In this document: positions 48,113-59,429 of the stretch, in pieces
Layout of the letters: every line of letters begins with the position of its first letter
How positions within the stretch are numbered: position 1 is the first letter of the stretch
NCBI GenBank assembly: GCA_004431415.1
Contig: QPMI01000580.1
Coordinates: 1-64,000, forward strand
DNA from: Cyanophora paradoxa CCMP329
Lineage: Eukaryota; Plantae; Glaucophyta
DNA: 64,000 nt
Direction: 5' to 3'
Position numbers and translations under genes: made by a program
Notes under the pieces: generated by a model
Databases searched by the model: none
What the model saw: only the letters and a program-made list of their open reading frames with translations
What the model was told of the DNA's origin: nothing

Positions 48113-49719
48113 CTAGGCGAGGAGGTGGCCGCGGAGGGTGGTGACGGCGCGGCCCTTGATGAGCACGCGCCCGCCCTCCCCCAGCTCCACCTCCAGCTCG
48201 CCCCCGCGGGCGCTCGCCTGCCGCCCCGGGCCCCGTCCCCGTCAGGCGCCAGGCAGGACCGGGCGGCGGGGCGGCGTGGTGGCGGGCCTGGTGCGCCCGC
48301 ATGGAGTGCTTGCCGAGCCGCTCGCCCCAGAACGGCGCCAGCACGCAGTGCGCGCTCCCCGTCACCTGCCCCCGCGTCGGAAGAAGCTCCGCGCCGGGAG
48401 GGGAGGCCCGACTCACCGGGTCCTCCTCGATGCCGCAGCGCGGCCCTGGGCGCGCGCGTCACGCCTCGGCCTTCAACGCGCGGGGCGGGCGGGCGGGCGG
48501 GCGCCGCGCGCACCGAAGAACCGACTGACAAAGTCCTCCCTGGGCCCCGAGCTCGGCGCCGTCACGATGATACCCCTGCCGCGCCTCAGGGGGGCGGGCG
48601 GGACGGGGGTACGGGGCGGCGCGCCTGCACACGATGTCGTTGAGGACGGCCGAGCTCGGCTTCAGGCCGCTCCGCACGAGCCTCTCGTCCTCGATCTGTA
48701 CCCCGGCCCGCGCGTCGGCGGTGCGGAGGAAGGGGGGGGGGGGGGGGACGGGGCGGGCGGGGTACCAGGACGAGGACGTCCTCGCCGCCGTGCCAGACGT
48801 CGGCGATGGCCCTGCGGGGCACGCCGAGGCCCTGGGCGAGCACGTCCAGCACCTTCTCCTTCAGCCTCGCCTCCATCTGGGGCCCCCGGCGGGGTCGGGC
48901 GGCGGGGGCGGGGGGCGGGGCGGGGGCGGGCGGACGGGGCGGGGCGGGGCGGCGGGGAAGTCGAGGACGATGAGGTCGCCCTCGCGGCGGGCGGTGAGGA
49001 CGCCGCTGCGCGTGTGGAAGCGTGCCGCCTCGCCCCGCGCCAGGTGGCCCTCCTCCCACAGCACGTGGCTCGCCGCCAGCGTCGCGTGCCCGCACAGGTT
49101 CACCTCCACCTGCGCCCCGCCCCGCCCCGCGTCGAAGGGCGCCCGCCGCGCGCTCCCGCTAGCGGGCGCGGCGGCGCGGGGGCGGACCGTGGGCGTGAGC
49201 CAGCGGAGGCTGAAGCCGTCAGGCCGCTTCTGCACGAACGCCGTCTCGCTCAGATTCATCTCTCGGGCCACGAGCGCCATCCAAGCGTCGTCCCGAGCCG
49301 CCGGAAGCACGACCACCGCCGCCGGGTTGCCGCCTGAGCGCCGACGCGCGCCCGGTCAGCGACGCGAGAGTCGTGCCGGGACCCAAACCCGTGCGATCGG
49401 TGCGCGGCAGTCGATCCGAGAGTGGCAACCGACCGGCACGCGGCAACCGACCGGCGCGCGGCGGCCGACCGGCGTATGCCTAGGCGGACGCTGGCGTACC
49501 ATAGGCGCACTGCGCGAGGGCAAATTAGCTAGGGCGTGCTCGTGGGAAAGGCGTCGTGAGTACCTGAGTGAAGGCATCGACGACGACGACGGGCTGGCCG
49601 GGCTTCTTCTTCGGTGCCGGCTTGGAGCGCCAGTTTGCCAAGAGCGCGCCGGTAGCGGCCGCAGCCAGCAAAGGCAGTATTGCGTGCGTCGCAAAGTTCA
49701 CCGGGGTGTTCTCTTTCAT
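48113..49719 (-). CDS. PhzF/PBLD-family isomerase with a hydrophobic N-terminal extension; multi-exon
   Basis: VDAFTQ|CAYG|GNPAAVV, AREMNLSETAF, LRWLTPT|VEVNLCGHATLAA, EDPVTGSAHCVLAPFW. Confidence 0.92.
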
Positions 49720-49926
49720 CGATCAAATTGTTTTGGGCGGTGCGGGTACGCGATCGATGCAGCGGCCCCGGACGGAGTCGAGCCCAGAAATCTAGCAAGA
49801 GGGCAGAAAAGCTCCTCTCGCACCTCTTTGCGGAGCCAAACAGCTCCTCGCGCGCAATTGAACAGCTTTTGCTCTCTTAACAGTTCCAGTGAGGGGAGCT
49901 AGAGTGGCCGACGCAAGCTTCGCAGC

Positions 49927-50875
49927 ATGGCCGACGCAAGCTTCGGAGCGGATGCGTTGGATGCAGTGCGTTGCCAATGCTGATTGCTATGGCATCAAAT
50001 GGAAGCCCCGCAAGCGCCCGCTTGGCCGTGTTTGCCGAGAGGCTTTTTTGGTCCAGCGGCGGCAGCCAGCGACCATAGCGGCCGGCCGAGTGCCCTATAG
50101 CTTCCTCTGGCACATGGCAGCACGCCTGACCGCGCCGCCCGCAGGACGACCAAATCTACTCAGCACCGCCAGTGCTGAGGAAACCTCGGCCACGGTCCGC
50201 CAAAGGGCGCCAAAGAGAGCTGGACCCTGTCGGCTCAATCAGCTCCAACAACGGGCGGATCGGTGGCGCGCTGCCGATGCCGCTCGTAGTTCCGCGTCTG
50301 GACTCACCGCTCTCTGAATCGCTCTCCGGGCTGGAAGACGACCGGCCGACAGTCCGCAACAGCTCCTCTCTAGCCAGCTTAGGGTCCCCGTGCGACCCGG
50401 ACGGAGACGATGCGGCGGCCGCGCCGGACTGCGGCCGCAGCGAGTCCCCGTCGGCTGCCCGCGAGCGGCGGCACCGGCTCCTGTATCGCGGCTGCGACGT
50501 GCCTCCGAGCGCGCGCTCCGCCCCCCTGCGCGGTCTCTCGGCCTCGCCCGTCCCCCCGTCCTCCCCCACCCCCGGGGGGCGCCGGCCCCTGTCCCGCGCC
50601 GCGCAGCCCGGCGAGGGGCCCTCGCCGTCCCCGCCGCCGGCGGTGGGCCGGAGCGCGGAGCTACCGCCGCGGCCGTCGACGGCGTCGGGGAGCCGGCCGG
50701 GGGCGGGGCGCCTGCGGCTGCTGCGCAGCGTCGAGGTCGCCAAGAAGATGGAGGAGATGACCTTCGAGGACTACGAGGCGCGCCCCCGCCCCGCCCGCCC
50801 CGCCCCGCCCCCGCTGACGCCCCGCCCCCGCAGGCCATGAAGGAGATGGGCGAGATCAACTTCGGCGGCGAGTAG
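49927..50875 (+). CDS. Hypothetical Ser/Pro-rich protein; 3 exons
   Basis: ATG at 49927, GT-AG and GC-AG introns with branch sites, ending KKMEEMTFEDYE|AMKEMGEINFGGE*. Confidence 0.45.
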
Positions 50876-51108
50876 CGCAGTCCTCCGGCGGGGCCCAGCA
50901 GTAGGCGCGTAATCGATGAAATCAGGGGCCTCCCGAACTTTCGCCGAGCTCCGACTGCGCTGGCCCAGTAGAAACAGATGAAGCGCATTAATTTGAATAT
51001 CACTGTCCCCACAATCTTTTAAAAATTTGACATACATAGATACATAGAAACGTTAACAGACCAGCTCAACAAAGACCCCGCGTTCCAGACAGCAACGGCG
51101 CGGCCTGA

Positions 51109-53134
51109 TCAGGGCACGCGGGGGGGAGGGGGAGGGGGGGGGGGGGGGGAGGCGGCGGACTGCCAGACTGTCAGCGGAATGCGGGCCCCGGCGGGGGCGG
51201 CGGGGGCGCACGGGACCGGAGGGGCCGAGGCGTGGGGGGCGGGGGCCCTAGAGGAGGACGGCCCTGGGGAAGAGGGCGCGGAAGTGGCGCTGGACGGTGC
51301 GCCAGGCGCGGCACATCGCGTCCCCCCGCAGGCCCTCCCCCGGGAGCAGCGAGGCAACGAGGCGCGAGCCGTCCCCGAGGCGGCAGCCCTCCGCGAGGCC
51401 CCGCAGCGGCCCCAGCACCGCCTCCGCCCCCGCCTCGTCGTCGAAGGGCACCCGCAGGCCGCTCACCGCCTCCAGCGCGGGGCAGGCGGCGAGGGCGCCG
51501 GCGACGGCGGCGAGGGCGTGCCGGGCAGGTGCAGCTCGCGCAGCCGCGGGCAGGCCGGCAGGGCGGCGAGCGTCGCCGTCGGCTCGCGGCCCATGTCGGC
51601 GTAACGGAGCTCGACGAGCGCCGGCCCCGCGTCGTGGAGCAGCGCGGCCAGAGCCGCGTCAGCCGCGCGCCCCGCGGATCCGGCGGCGGGGGCGGGGGGC
51701 GGGGGCGGCCCCCTCACCGAGGACGAGGCGGAGGGCGACGAGGGAGCGGGCGGAGAGGGCGCCGAGGGCGCCGGCGAGGGCGCGGAAGACGGCGGGGCAG
51801 GGGGCGGCGTCTGGGCAGGGGCGGCCCGGCTCGAGGGCGAGGCCGAGCTCGCGGAGCCTCTCCAGGGGCCTCAGCGCCAGCCACAGAACATCCGGGCTGA
51901 CCCTCGCCGGCTCCCGCGGGGGCGTGTGGCGCCCGCAGATGCTCACCTCCAGGGGCCCCGCCTCCGCCTCCTCCCGCAGCAGCTGCGCGGGGCCTCGGCA
52001 AGCGCCGGCCGGGGCTGGTGGCGGGGGCCAGCGGGGCCGCGCGCACGGCGGTGCCGACGGCGAGCTGGAGCTTCTCGAGGGAGGTCAGGCGGCCGAGCGC
52101 CGGCAGCTCCCCCACGTGGAAGCCATCCGCCCCGCTGCTCGAAATCAGAGGCGGCGGCGCGGCGGGGGCATCGGAGGGGCGCACAATGAGACGCGGAGCT
52201 TCCGCAGGCGCCGGGCGGCGGGCCCCGCCGCGAAGGCCTCGAAGCCGCGCGCGCTCTCGTGTGGACGCGCCGGCGGGGCGTGGTAGGGGCTGGGGGCGGC
52301 GTGGCGCCCGGGCGGCTCCAGCTCCAGGTCCAGCTCCTCGAGCGCCGGGTGCGACGCGAAGGCGGCGAGGGCCGCCCCGTCCCGCAGCCGCACGGCGGCG
52401 GAGCGGAGCGCGGGGAAGGCGGCCGGGAGGGCGGCCGCCGCCTCCTCCAGCACGAGGGGCAGCCGCAGCCGCTCGAGCCGCGGGAAGCAGGCCAGCAGCC
52501 GCACGAGCTCGCGCGGCGCCGGCGTGCTCGAGCTCTCCTGCTCGAGGACGACGCTCTTCAGCGTCTGGCGGGCGCCGCCGCCCCCCTCGCTGGCGCTCAG
52601 CGCGCCGAGCACAGCCGTAGCGAGGCCCGCCAGCTCGTTGCCCGAGGCCTTGATGAGCAAGCCGCCGAGGCCTCCGCTGCACGCCGAGCAAGCCGAGAAC
52701 AGCGACACGACGGCTCCGTGAATCTCAGGCGCGTCGCGGGCCCGCGGCGGAGGAGGCTGGGTTTGGATTTCCACCTCCAGCATCGGGTGTACGTCTAACG
52801 TGATGGGCCGCATGCCGGCAGGCCGCCTCAGCTGAGCTGCAAAGCGTACGATCTGTTCGTCGCTCCTCACTCTAAGCCGAATCGTGCGCCACGCGACCGC
52901 GTCGACGACATCGCGCATCTTCTTGCTGACTAATCGCAGGCGCGATGCCTGAATGAACCCGAGCTGCTGCATCACCTCCCCGAGCGCGTCGCGGTGCAGC
53001 TCGTCGAGCTGCGGGGGTGACTCGGAGCTCGCTATCGCCGCGGAGTCGGCGTGCTGGAGCTGAGCCGAGCTCGTATCAGCCTCCGCCAGCTCGCCCGCGG
53101 TCCTCGCACGCTTCTGCGCTCGCTCGCCCTCCAT
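51109..53134 (-). CDS. F-box/LRR-like protein
   Basis: F-box-like LDELHRDALGEVMQQLGFIQASRLRLVSKKMRDVV, followed by LRR-like units (FPRLERLRL, FPALRSA, HPALEELDL, LTSLEKLQL, CPRLRELHL). Confidence 0.75.
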
Positions 53135-53685
53135 GCGTTCGCCTAGAGGACAGGATGTGCGTGTGCACAGCTCGGCCCGCGACAGATCGAACGCCTCTGT
53201 CCGGTCAAAGCGTTCGCCTTGGCAATCAGCGGTCAGAATGCAGTCAGCTGCAGCCTGCAAATCACGCGTACCCCTCGCTGCCTTGCAACTTCAAGTTGCA
53301 AGTCCGCCGTCTCCGCGGTTGGCCCCCAGCCGGGGTGCTAATCTGAAGCATGGACCTGGGGCGAACTCATTCCGGGCCCCCGGGGTCAGCGGCGCACTAC
53401 ATGTACAGAGCAGAGGTCCGCACTGCAGACACAGCCGGCCATCCCCGTCCTCCGCATCGCTGAAGCATGGCGCAGCCGCTCGAGAGCCACACAGAGTCGG
53501 GCCTTAGCGGTGCGCCGTTTTGAATGAGGAAGCCGTGACACGTCGCGGATGAGCCTGCGGCCCTGCGCTGTCACTGGCTTGCCGCCTGGGCCGTGGCACT
53601 GCAACCGCGCAGCACTGAAGCGCTGAACCGAATCGCAGGCGCCGTCGCGAACCTGACCATCACACACGAGGATGGGGCGAGCGGA

Positions 53686-55935
53686 ATGCTCGAATTGGGG
53701 TCGAGCGGAAAGAGCAGGAAGAAGGACAAGAGCTCCAAGAGCTCAAAGCACAGTCATTCTCTGGTGCCCCCCGCCTCGCGCAGCGCCCGCGCGGCGAACC
53801 GCTCACACCACCGCTGCAGTCCTGGAGCAGCTTCGGGTTCGGCGGCGGGAGCAGCAGCGGCAGCAACGGGGCCAGCAGCGCCGGGAACGCGAGCGGGGAG
53901 CCGTATGCTCCGCAGCCGAAGCGCAAGCACAACAGAACGGTGCGCAGGCCGGGCAGCGCGCGCGCGCACCGGCCTTACGGCGGTGAGCGCGCGCGTCCGC
54001 AGGGCTCGTTCTTCTCGTTCCTGCTTGGCGGTTCCAGCTCGGACAAGAAGGAGCGAGAGCGCGCCCTCCGCAGCGGCGCAGCCACGCCCCCGTACCTCCC
54101 CCCGCACTGCGCCCCCGCCTGCGCCGGCCCCCGCGCCGACCACGCGCCCTGCAGACCCGGCGGCGACGAGTCCTCGTACCCCTCCGCCATCCCCTCCCGC
54201 TCCCCGTCCATGTCCCCTTCGATGTCCCCGCCTCCGAACTGGAACGGCAACGCCACCGGCTCGCGGCCCAGTACCCCCGCCGCCTCGGGCCCTCCCCCCG
54301 TCCTTAAGGAGCTCATCGTCCCCGGTGCGACCCCGGCGGCGTACCCCGGTTCGGAACCGCGGCGAGCCGTACCCCCGGGGCGCAGGGGAGCTGCTGGACG
54401 AGTTCGAGCGGCTCGCGTCGGAGAACACGCGGCGCAACGTCGAGACCTGCGGCATCCTCGGCGCCGTCGAGGAGGTGCCGTCCCCCTGCCGGGCGGGGCG
54501 GGCGCCGCGGCTCGGATCGAGCGGCGGCGCGCGCAGGGCTCCTCGCTGCGCGTCGTCGCGGTCCTCGTCCCCCAGCAGGTGCCCCACGCGTTCCCCTGGG
54601 TCCTCCCGCCCTGGCCTCACCCCTCGCCAGACGGGTACGGCGGACAACTGCGAGACCTTCGGCGAGGAGAGCCTCATGGCCACCCAGGTCCGCGGCGTTC
54701 GTACCCCGCACCCGGCCCCGCCCCGACCGAGCCGCGTACCCTACCCGCAGCTCGAGCACAACCTCCTCTCCGCCGGCTGGATCCACGTGCGGCCTCCCTG
54801 CGCCTGCGCCCCGCGCCGCCGGGCCCCGCGGCGCCCCAACGGGCCCCCGGGCGCAGACGCACCCCTCCCAGAGCCTCTTCCTCTCCTCGGTCGACCTCCA
54901 CACGCAGTTCGGGTGCGCGCGCGAGCGGGGCGGGGGCCGTCGCGCCGGGCGGGGCCGGAGCGAGGGGGCGGGGCAGGTACCAGAGCCTGCTGCCCGAGGC
55001 GGCCGCCATCGTCATTGCCCCCTCCGACTCGCCCTCGTGCGCCCGCCCCCGCACCGCCCCCCGCCCTCTTTCCGACGGGCCGCCGCGCCGGCAGCGTCGG
55101 CTGTTTCCGCCTCACGTGGCCGGACGGCCTCCGCGTGATCGGCGGCTGCGACCGCCGCGGCTTCCACGGCCACGTCTCCCAGGCCCGGCCCTTTCCGGTG
55201 CCCCCTGCTCCCCCGCTTCGAATTCCTGACCCCCGCACGCAGACCCCGCTCTACGAGAAGTGCGCCCACGTCCGCGTGCGTGCCCCCGGCCTCCGCCCCC
55301 CCCCCCCCCTTCCCCCCTCCGAGCGGGGCCGGGGGCAGGTGGTGCGGGAGCCCGGGGCGCCCCCGATGCCCTTCCGCATCTTCGACCTGCGGGGCGGGCC
55401 GGCCTCGCCCCCCAGCCCGGGCGGCCGCCACGCCCACGGCCACGGCCACGGCCACTCGCACGGGCCCGAGCAGCCGACGCCGCTCGCGCCGGCCCCGAAC
55501 CCCTTCGTCCACCCGCCCGTCGGCCACGGCGGCCCCGGGGCGCCCGCCCCGGGCCCCTCCCATGGGGGAGCCTACGGCCACGCCGGGCCCCCGCCCCCGC
55601 AGTACGGCCACGCCGGGCCCCCACCCCCGCACTACGGTCAGCAGCAGCAGCAGCAGCAGCAGCAGCACGGGCAGTACTCTGACCACCACTCGCAGCAGCA
55701 CTCAGACCACTACCAGCAGCAGCAGGCGCAGGAGCGGTACGGGTACAGCCACCAGCAACCGCCGGGGCCCTACGGCTACGGGCAGCAGGCTTCGGCGCCC
55801 TCGTCGCCGCATAGGTACGGGCCGCCGCAGGGGCACTACGGGGCGGACTCCAACCACTACGGCGGGCCCAGGGGCGAGGGCCACGGCCCGGGCTCCTGGC
55901 AGCCGCCGCCCCCGAGCGGCTACGGGCACCGGTAG
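53686..55935 (+). CDS. AMSH/STAMBP-like JAMM deubiquitinase, no recognisable MIT domain, with a Q/G/Y/H-rich tail; multi-exon
   Basis: NTRRNVETCGILG, VPQ|TGTADNC, GWIH|THPSQSLFLSSVDLHTQ, YQSLLPEAAAIVIAP, CDRRGFHGH. Confidence 0.9.
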   Translation: MLELGSSGKSRKKDKSSKSSKHSHSLVPPASRSARAANRSHHRCSPGAASGSAAGAAAAATGPAAPGTRAGSRMLRSRSASTTERCAGRAARARTGLTAVSARVRRARSSRSCLAVPARTRRSESAPSAAAQPRPRTSPRTAPPPAPAPAPTTRPADPAATSPRTPPPSPPAPRPCPLRCPRLRTGTATPPARGPVPPPPRALPPSLRSSSSPVRPRRRTPVRNRGEPYPRGAGELLDEFERLASENTRRNVETCGILGAVEEVPSPCRAGRAPRLGSSGGARRAPRCASSRSSSPSRCPTRSPGSSRPGLTPRQTGTADNCETFGEESLMATQVRGVRTPHPAPPRPSRVPYPQLEHNLLSAGWIHVRPPCACAPRRRAPRRPNGPPGADAPLPEPLPLLGRPPHAVRVRARAGRGPSRRAGPERGGGAGTRACCPRRPPSSLPPPTRPRAPAPAPPPALFPTGRRAGSVGCFRLTWPDGLRVIGGCDRRGFHGHVSQARPFPVPPAPPLRIPDPRTQTPLYEKCAHVRVRAPGLRPPPPLPPSERGRGQVVREPGAPPMPFRIFDLRGGPASPPSPGGRHAHGHGHGHSHGPEQPTPLAPAPNPFVHPPVGHGGPGAPAPGPSHGGAYGHAGPPPPQYGHAGPPPPHYGQQQQQQQQQHGQYSDHHSQQHSDHYQQQQAQERYGYSHQQPPGPYGYGQQASAPSSPHRYGPPQGHYGADSNHYGGPRGEGHGPGSWQPPPPSGYGHR
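55639..55665 (+). repeat. (CAG)9 coding microsatellite (polyQ)
   Basis: Read directly from the sequence. Confidence 0.9.
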
Positions 55936-56046
55936 CCGAGCTCGGGCTCGAGCTCGTTCACGTAGGATAGCCGCTTTTTGAAGAATAAACTTCACCGATC
56001 GACGGCCCGCCGGCGGGGTCGGCGCAGACTCGCCGCAGTCTCGGGC

Positions 56047-57242
56047 TCACGGCATCGCTGCGGGCGGGACAAATCAGGAATAGGGATGCGGGGTCGGGCA
56101 GGGGCCCCAAGCGCGGACCGAAGCGCTTTCCCGCGGTGTGCTGCCACGGGCAGCCAGCGCCCTTGTTCTGGCACCCGAAGGGCGTGTGCTCGAACATACA
56201 TTCCACGCTTCTCCAGTCATCCTTCGCCCTGTGCGGCCGACCGCGGCCGAGGATCGGGCGAGGCGGGGCGAGTGGGGCGAGGCGGGCGCGGGGACGCGGC
56301 AGGACCCACCTGCGGAGGACGGCGTCCCACTTGTCGCGCAGCTGCACGAGCTTCGCTGGGGGCTCGGTCGCCCTGCCGCCGCCCCGTCGCGCCCTCCGTC
56401 AGGCGCTGCGTGTGCGTGGCCGGAGCCCCGCGGCCCGAGCGCACCTGCGGTCGCAGCGGCAGGCGGCGTAGGGGAGGCAGGTGCCGTGGACGGCGAAGTT
56501 CACGGCCAGGCCCCACACGAGCGATGGATCGTACGTAATCTGCAGGGTGTTGGTTTTGATCAAGTTCCGCAGTTCGAATTCACTGTGGCCAGCTGCAGCC
56601 GCAGGGAGCTGCGGCCGCAGGGCGCATGCTCACCAGGTAGTGGAGCCCGCCCTCGCGCCACTTGATAGTATCCTCGTCCGCGTGAAGCACGGCGTCATAG
56701 AACTCGAGGGTCTGGTACAGCGAGCAAGACGTGATGCCCGGCTGTACGCAATGTCCTGGGGTCTCCGTGCCCCGCCACTTGAAATCAGTCGTGCCGCTGT
56801 ACCTGCGTGCGCCAGAAATGAGCTGATATCGATGCACGCCAGCATGCGGCTACGGCTTGGCCCACCGTCTCCCGTCTCCGAAGTCGAAGTTCCACTCGGC
56901 GCTGTACATATCCAGCGAAACGAGGTCCCGCAGCGGAGGGGCCGGCGTTCCGCCGACGTAGGCGACGGGAGCGATGCGCGGCTGGCTCGAGTGCGTCATG
57001 CGGACGTTGGTCTGAGCGTGCAGGGCTGCCTGCAACTCGGCCGAGAACTTATGCTGTCCATCCAGCTGGAGCCTAGCGACGTCCGGGATGCCTCTGGCGC
57101 CCGCGCCCGGCATCTGTACAGCTGCAGGTGGACGTTTGCGTTCGATCGTTAACGTTGCCTGGCCATGGCCTGATTCCGCCTGATTCGCGGCCTGAAGTTG
57201 CCTGCAGGTGCGTACACGATTAATTGGAAACGGGGTAGGCAT
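56047..57242 (-). CDS. Uncharacterised multi-exon protein with a C-terminal CCCH-like finger
   Basis: Consistent GT-AG exons; CMFEHTPFGCQNKGAGCPWQH (C-x8-C-x6-C-x3-H). Confidence 0.55.
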
Positions 57243-57613
57243 GTTGCATTCGAGGGACAATCCACGTACCGTATACGTACGCGCGCGCGTGGCACTGCGG
57301 CACCGCGCGCGCTGGCCGCCGGCAACCTGGCCCGGGGGCAGGCCTAGGCCAGCGCCAGCTCGGCCTTGGCCGGCAGTCGCGATTCGTTATCCCACCGTGG
57401 CACTCGGTGAATTCATAACATTAACTGCGAAACAAAGGCGGCGAATACAATACAGAAAAGGCCTGGCTGACACTAGTACTGAAACCGAAATGCTGTGAAA
57501 AGAAGCTAAAGGCTGCCGATGGAACCCCGTATCCGAGGCCATCGCTGGGCAAAACACAAATGAAAAGATGCTAGGTGATAGTTAGGTAATAAGGTGAAAG
57601 GAAAGCGGTCTGC

Positions 57614-59084
57614 TTAACGGGGGAAGACGACCTGCGAGCCGGGTCAGGGTCACGGGCGCGGGGGAGGCGGGGGCAGAGGAGGGCACCTGGTCGAGCCGCC
57701 GGTCGTGCTTGTCCATGGGTACGCGGTCCACCTCCTGGACGCCGAGCGCCAGGCCCACTGCGGCCCGGGCTCGGGCCCGGGAGGGGGGGCGGGCGGAGGG
57801 CGAGCGCGGGGCGGCGCACTGGTGAAGGGCCGGGGCTTCCCGAGCTTCGCGGCGGCCGCCTCGCAGCGCTCGAGGTACCGGTCGTAAAAGCTGCGTGCGG
57901 GCCGGCGTCGGCGGGGGCCGGGAGGGTGGGGAGCGGGGGGCGCGGGGTCGGCGGACCCCTTGCCGCGGCCGATGCGGCCCCCGCGGCGGTCGAAGCCGAG
58001 GCCGGGTACCAGGATGAGGTCCAGGCCCTCCTCGAAGGCTGCGGCAGGGAGCGGTGGGCGGCGCTGCACAGGGAGGGGCCGGGAGGGGCGCGCACCGTTC
58101 ACGCGGGGCGAGCCGTCCTCGCGCGTCTCCGCCGGCTCGCTCAGCGCGTACTCGTGCTCGTCCCCGGAGGCGACCTGCGCGGCGGCGGGCGGTGTCGGCG
58201 CGTGAGAGGCGCGGCGGGGGCGGCGGGGGCGGGGGCGCCTCGGAGAGCGAGTCGATGCGGAGGAGCTCCATGGAGCAGTCCGCCATGTTCGTCCGCGGCA
58301 CGTACGCGTACTTCCCCGAGCCTGCCGCCCCGCTCAGCGCGCGGCCCGAGGCGGGGCGGGCCCGGGCGGGGCGCACCGGGGCGGAGGAGGTCCTGCAGCA
58401 CCACGTACGTCGAGAGCTCCGAGGGGAGCGGCACGTACACGCCCACGTGCTTCGCGCGGCGGTACGCGTCCGAGCGAAGCACAGCTTCACACACCGCGCG
58501 CGCTGCCGGGCGCGGCGTCAGGAGAGGCGCGGCCTGCGTGACGGGGCGGGCATTGCGAACAGTCGGCCTCGAGCTCTTGGGGAGTCATCGCTTTCAGGGA
58601 GGCGCGGAAGCGCTTCCTGAGCTCCTTTTTCATTTCAACGACGTCCGGGAGCACCGCCGCCTGGCGCTCGAGGAGGAAGGCCCGCTGCTCGGCGACCACG
58701 AGCTCCGGCTCCGCCGTGCGGGTCGCCGGCTCCGCGGTGACGGGCGCATCTGCGTTGCAGAGCTATAGAAAGGATGTGGGAGCTTGACGGAGGCCGGTGC
58801 TCGCACCGTCCGGGAGCTCAGCTATCGTACGCGCAGGGCGGCCCATAATGCGACCCTGGCTGGTGGTGCTACCGAGGAACCGCTTCTGGACGAAGGAAGA
58901 GCTTAGATGCGCAGTTTTCTTCGCTGCGGGCCTCGCGGGCGCTGTCCCCACTGCGGGAGAGCGCGAGCGTGAGGTTTGGGTTGAGCTCGGGGCACGTCGT
59001 GGGCGAGGGCGCACCACTTGGTACCACGCTCAGGGTGTTGGGGCGCAGCCGGAACGCAGGGACGGGCGCCAGGAACCCGTGCAT
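57614..59084 (-). CDS. MTHFS: 5-formyltetrahydrofolate cyclo-ligase with a transit-peptide-like N-terminus; multi-exon
   Basis: KKELRKRFR, VGVYVPLPSELST, GLDLILVPGLGFDRRGGRIGRGKG|FYD, VPMDKHDRRLDQ|VVFPR*. Confidence 0.92.
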
Positions 59085-59208
59085 GGCCGGAGAAGCAATA
59101 ACGCGGGGAGCTGTACCCCCCAACAAAACTCCGACTCCGAGGCTCTGTCAACTCTACCCAGAGTTCCTGCGTCGCGTACCTCGTTCTCTTCTTCTCTCCA
59201 CCGCAACC

Positions 59209-59429
59209 ATGGGCAAGGATTTTTCCGCCAAGAAGTCCAAGGGCAAGAACGCCGTCCAGGACGAGGAGAACCAGCAGGTGAGGTCGACGTCATGCGAATT
59301 TTAAGCCGGTACTGCGACGGCCGGGCGGCTTCTGACAACGACCCTTCACCTTCGAATCCGCATGCGCAGATCACCGAGCAGGACCTGGCGGACGTCGCCC
59401 TCGTCGCCGCCTTCGACGGGTCTGAGACC
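59209..59429 (+). pseudogene. 5' part (2 exons) of an unidentified host gene, cut off by the insertion at 59430
   Basis: Exon 1 (59209-59277) MGKDFSAKKSKGKNAVQDEENQQ, a GT-AG intron, then exon 2 (59370-59429) ITEQDLADVALVAAFDGSET. The next codons CAC TAG are the first bases of the element. Confidence 0.6.

Noticed and set aside
57167-57197. GCCTGA repeats resembling the CACTA sub-terminal motif
   Set aside because: They lie within a coding exon on the minus strand and there are only three copies.
1-59400. Hundreds of long Arg/Pro/Gly/Ala-rich ORFs in the supplied track
   Set aside because: These are artefacts of very high GC content (few stop codons). The real genes are mosaics of short exons across frames.
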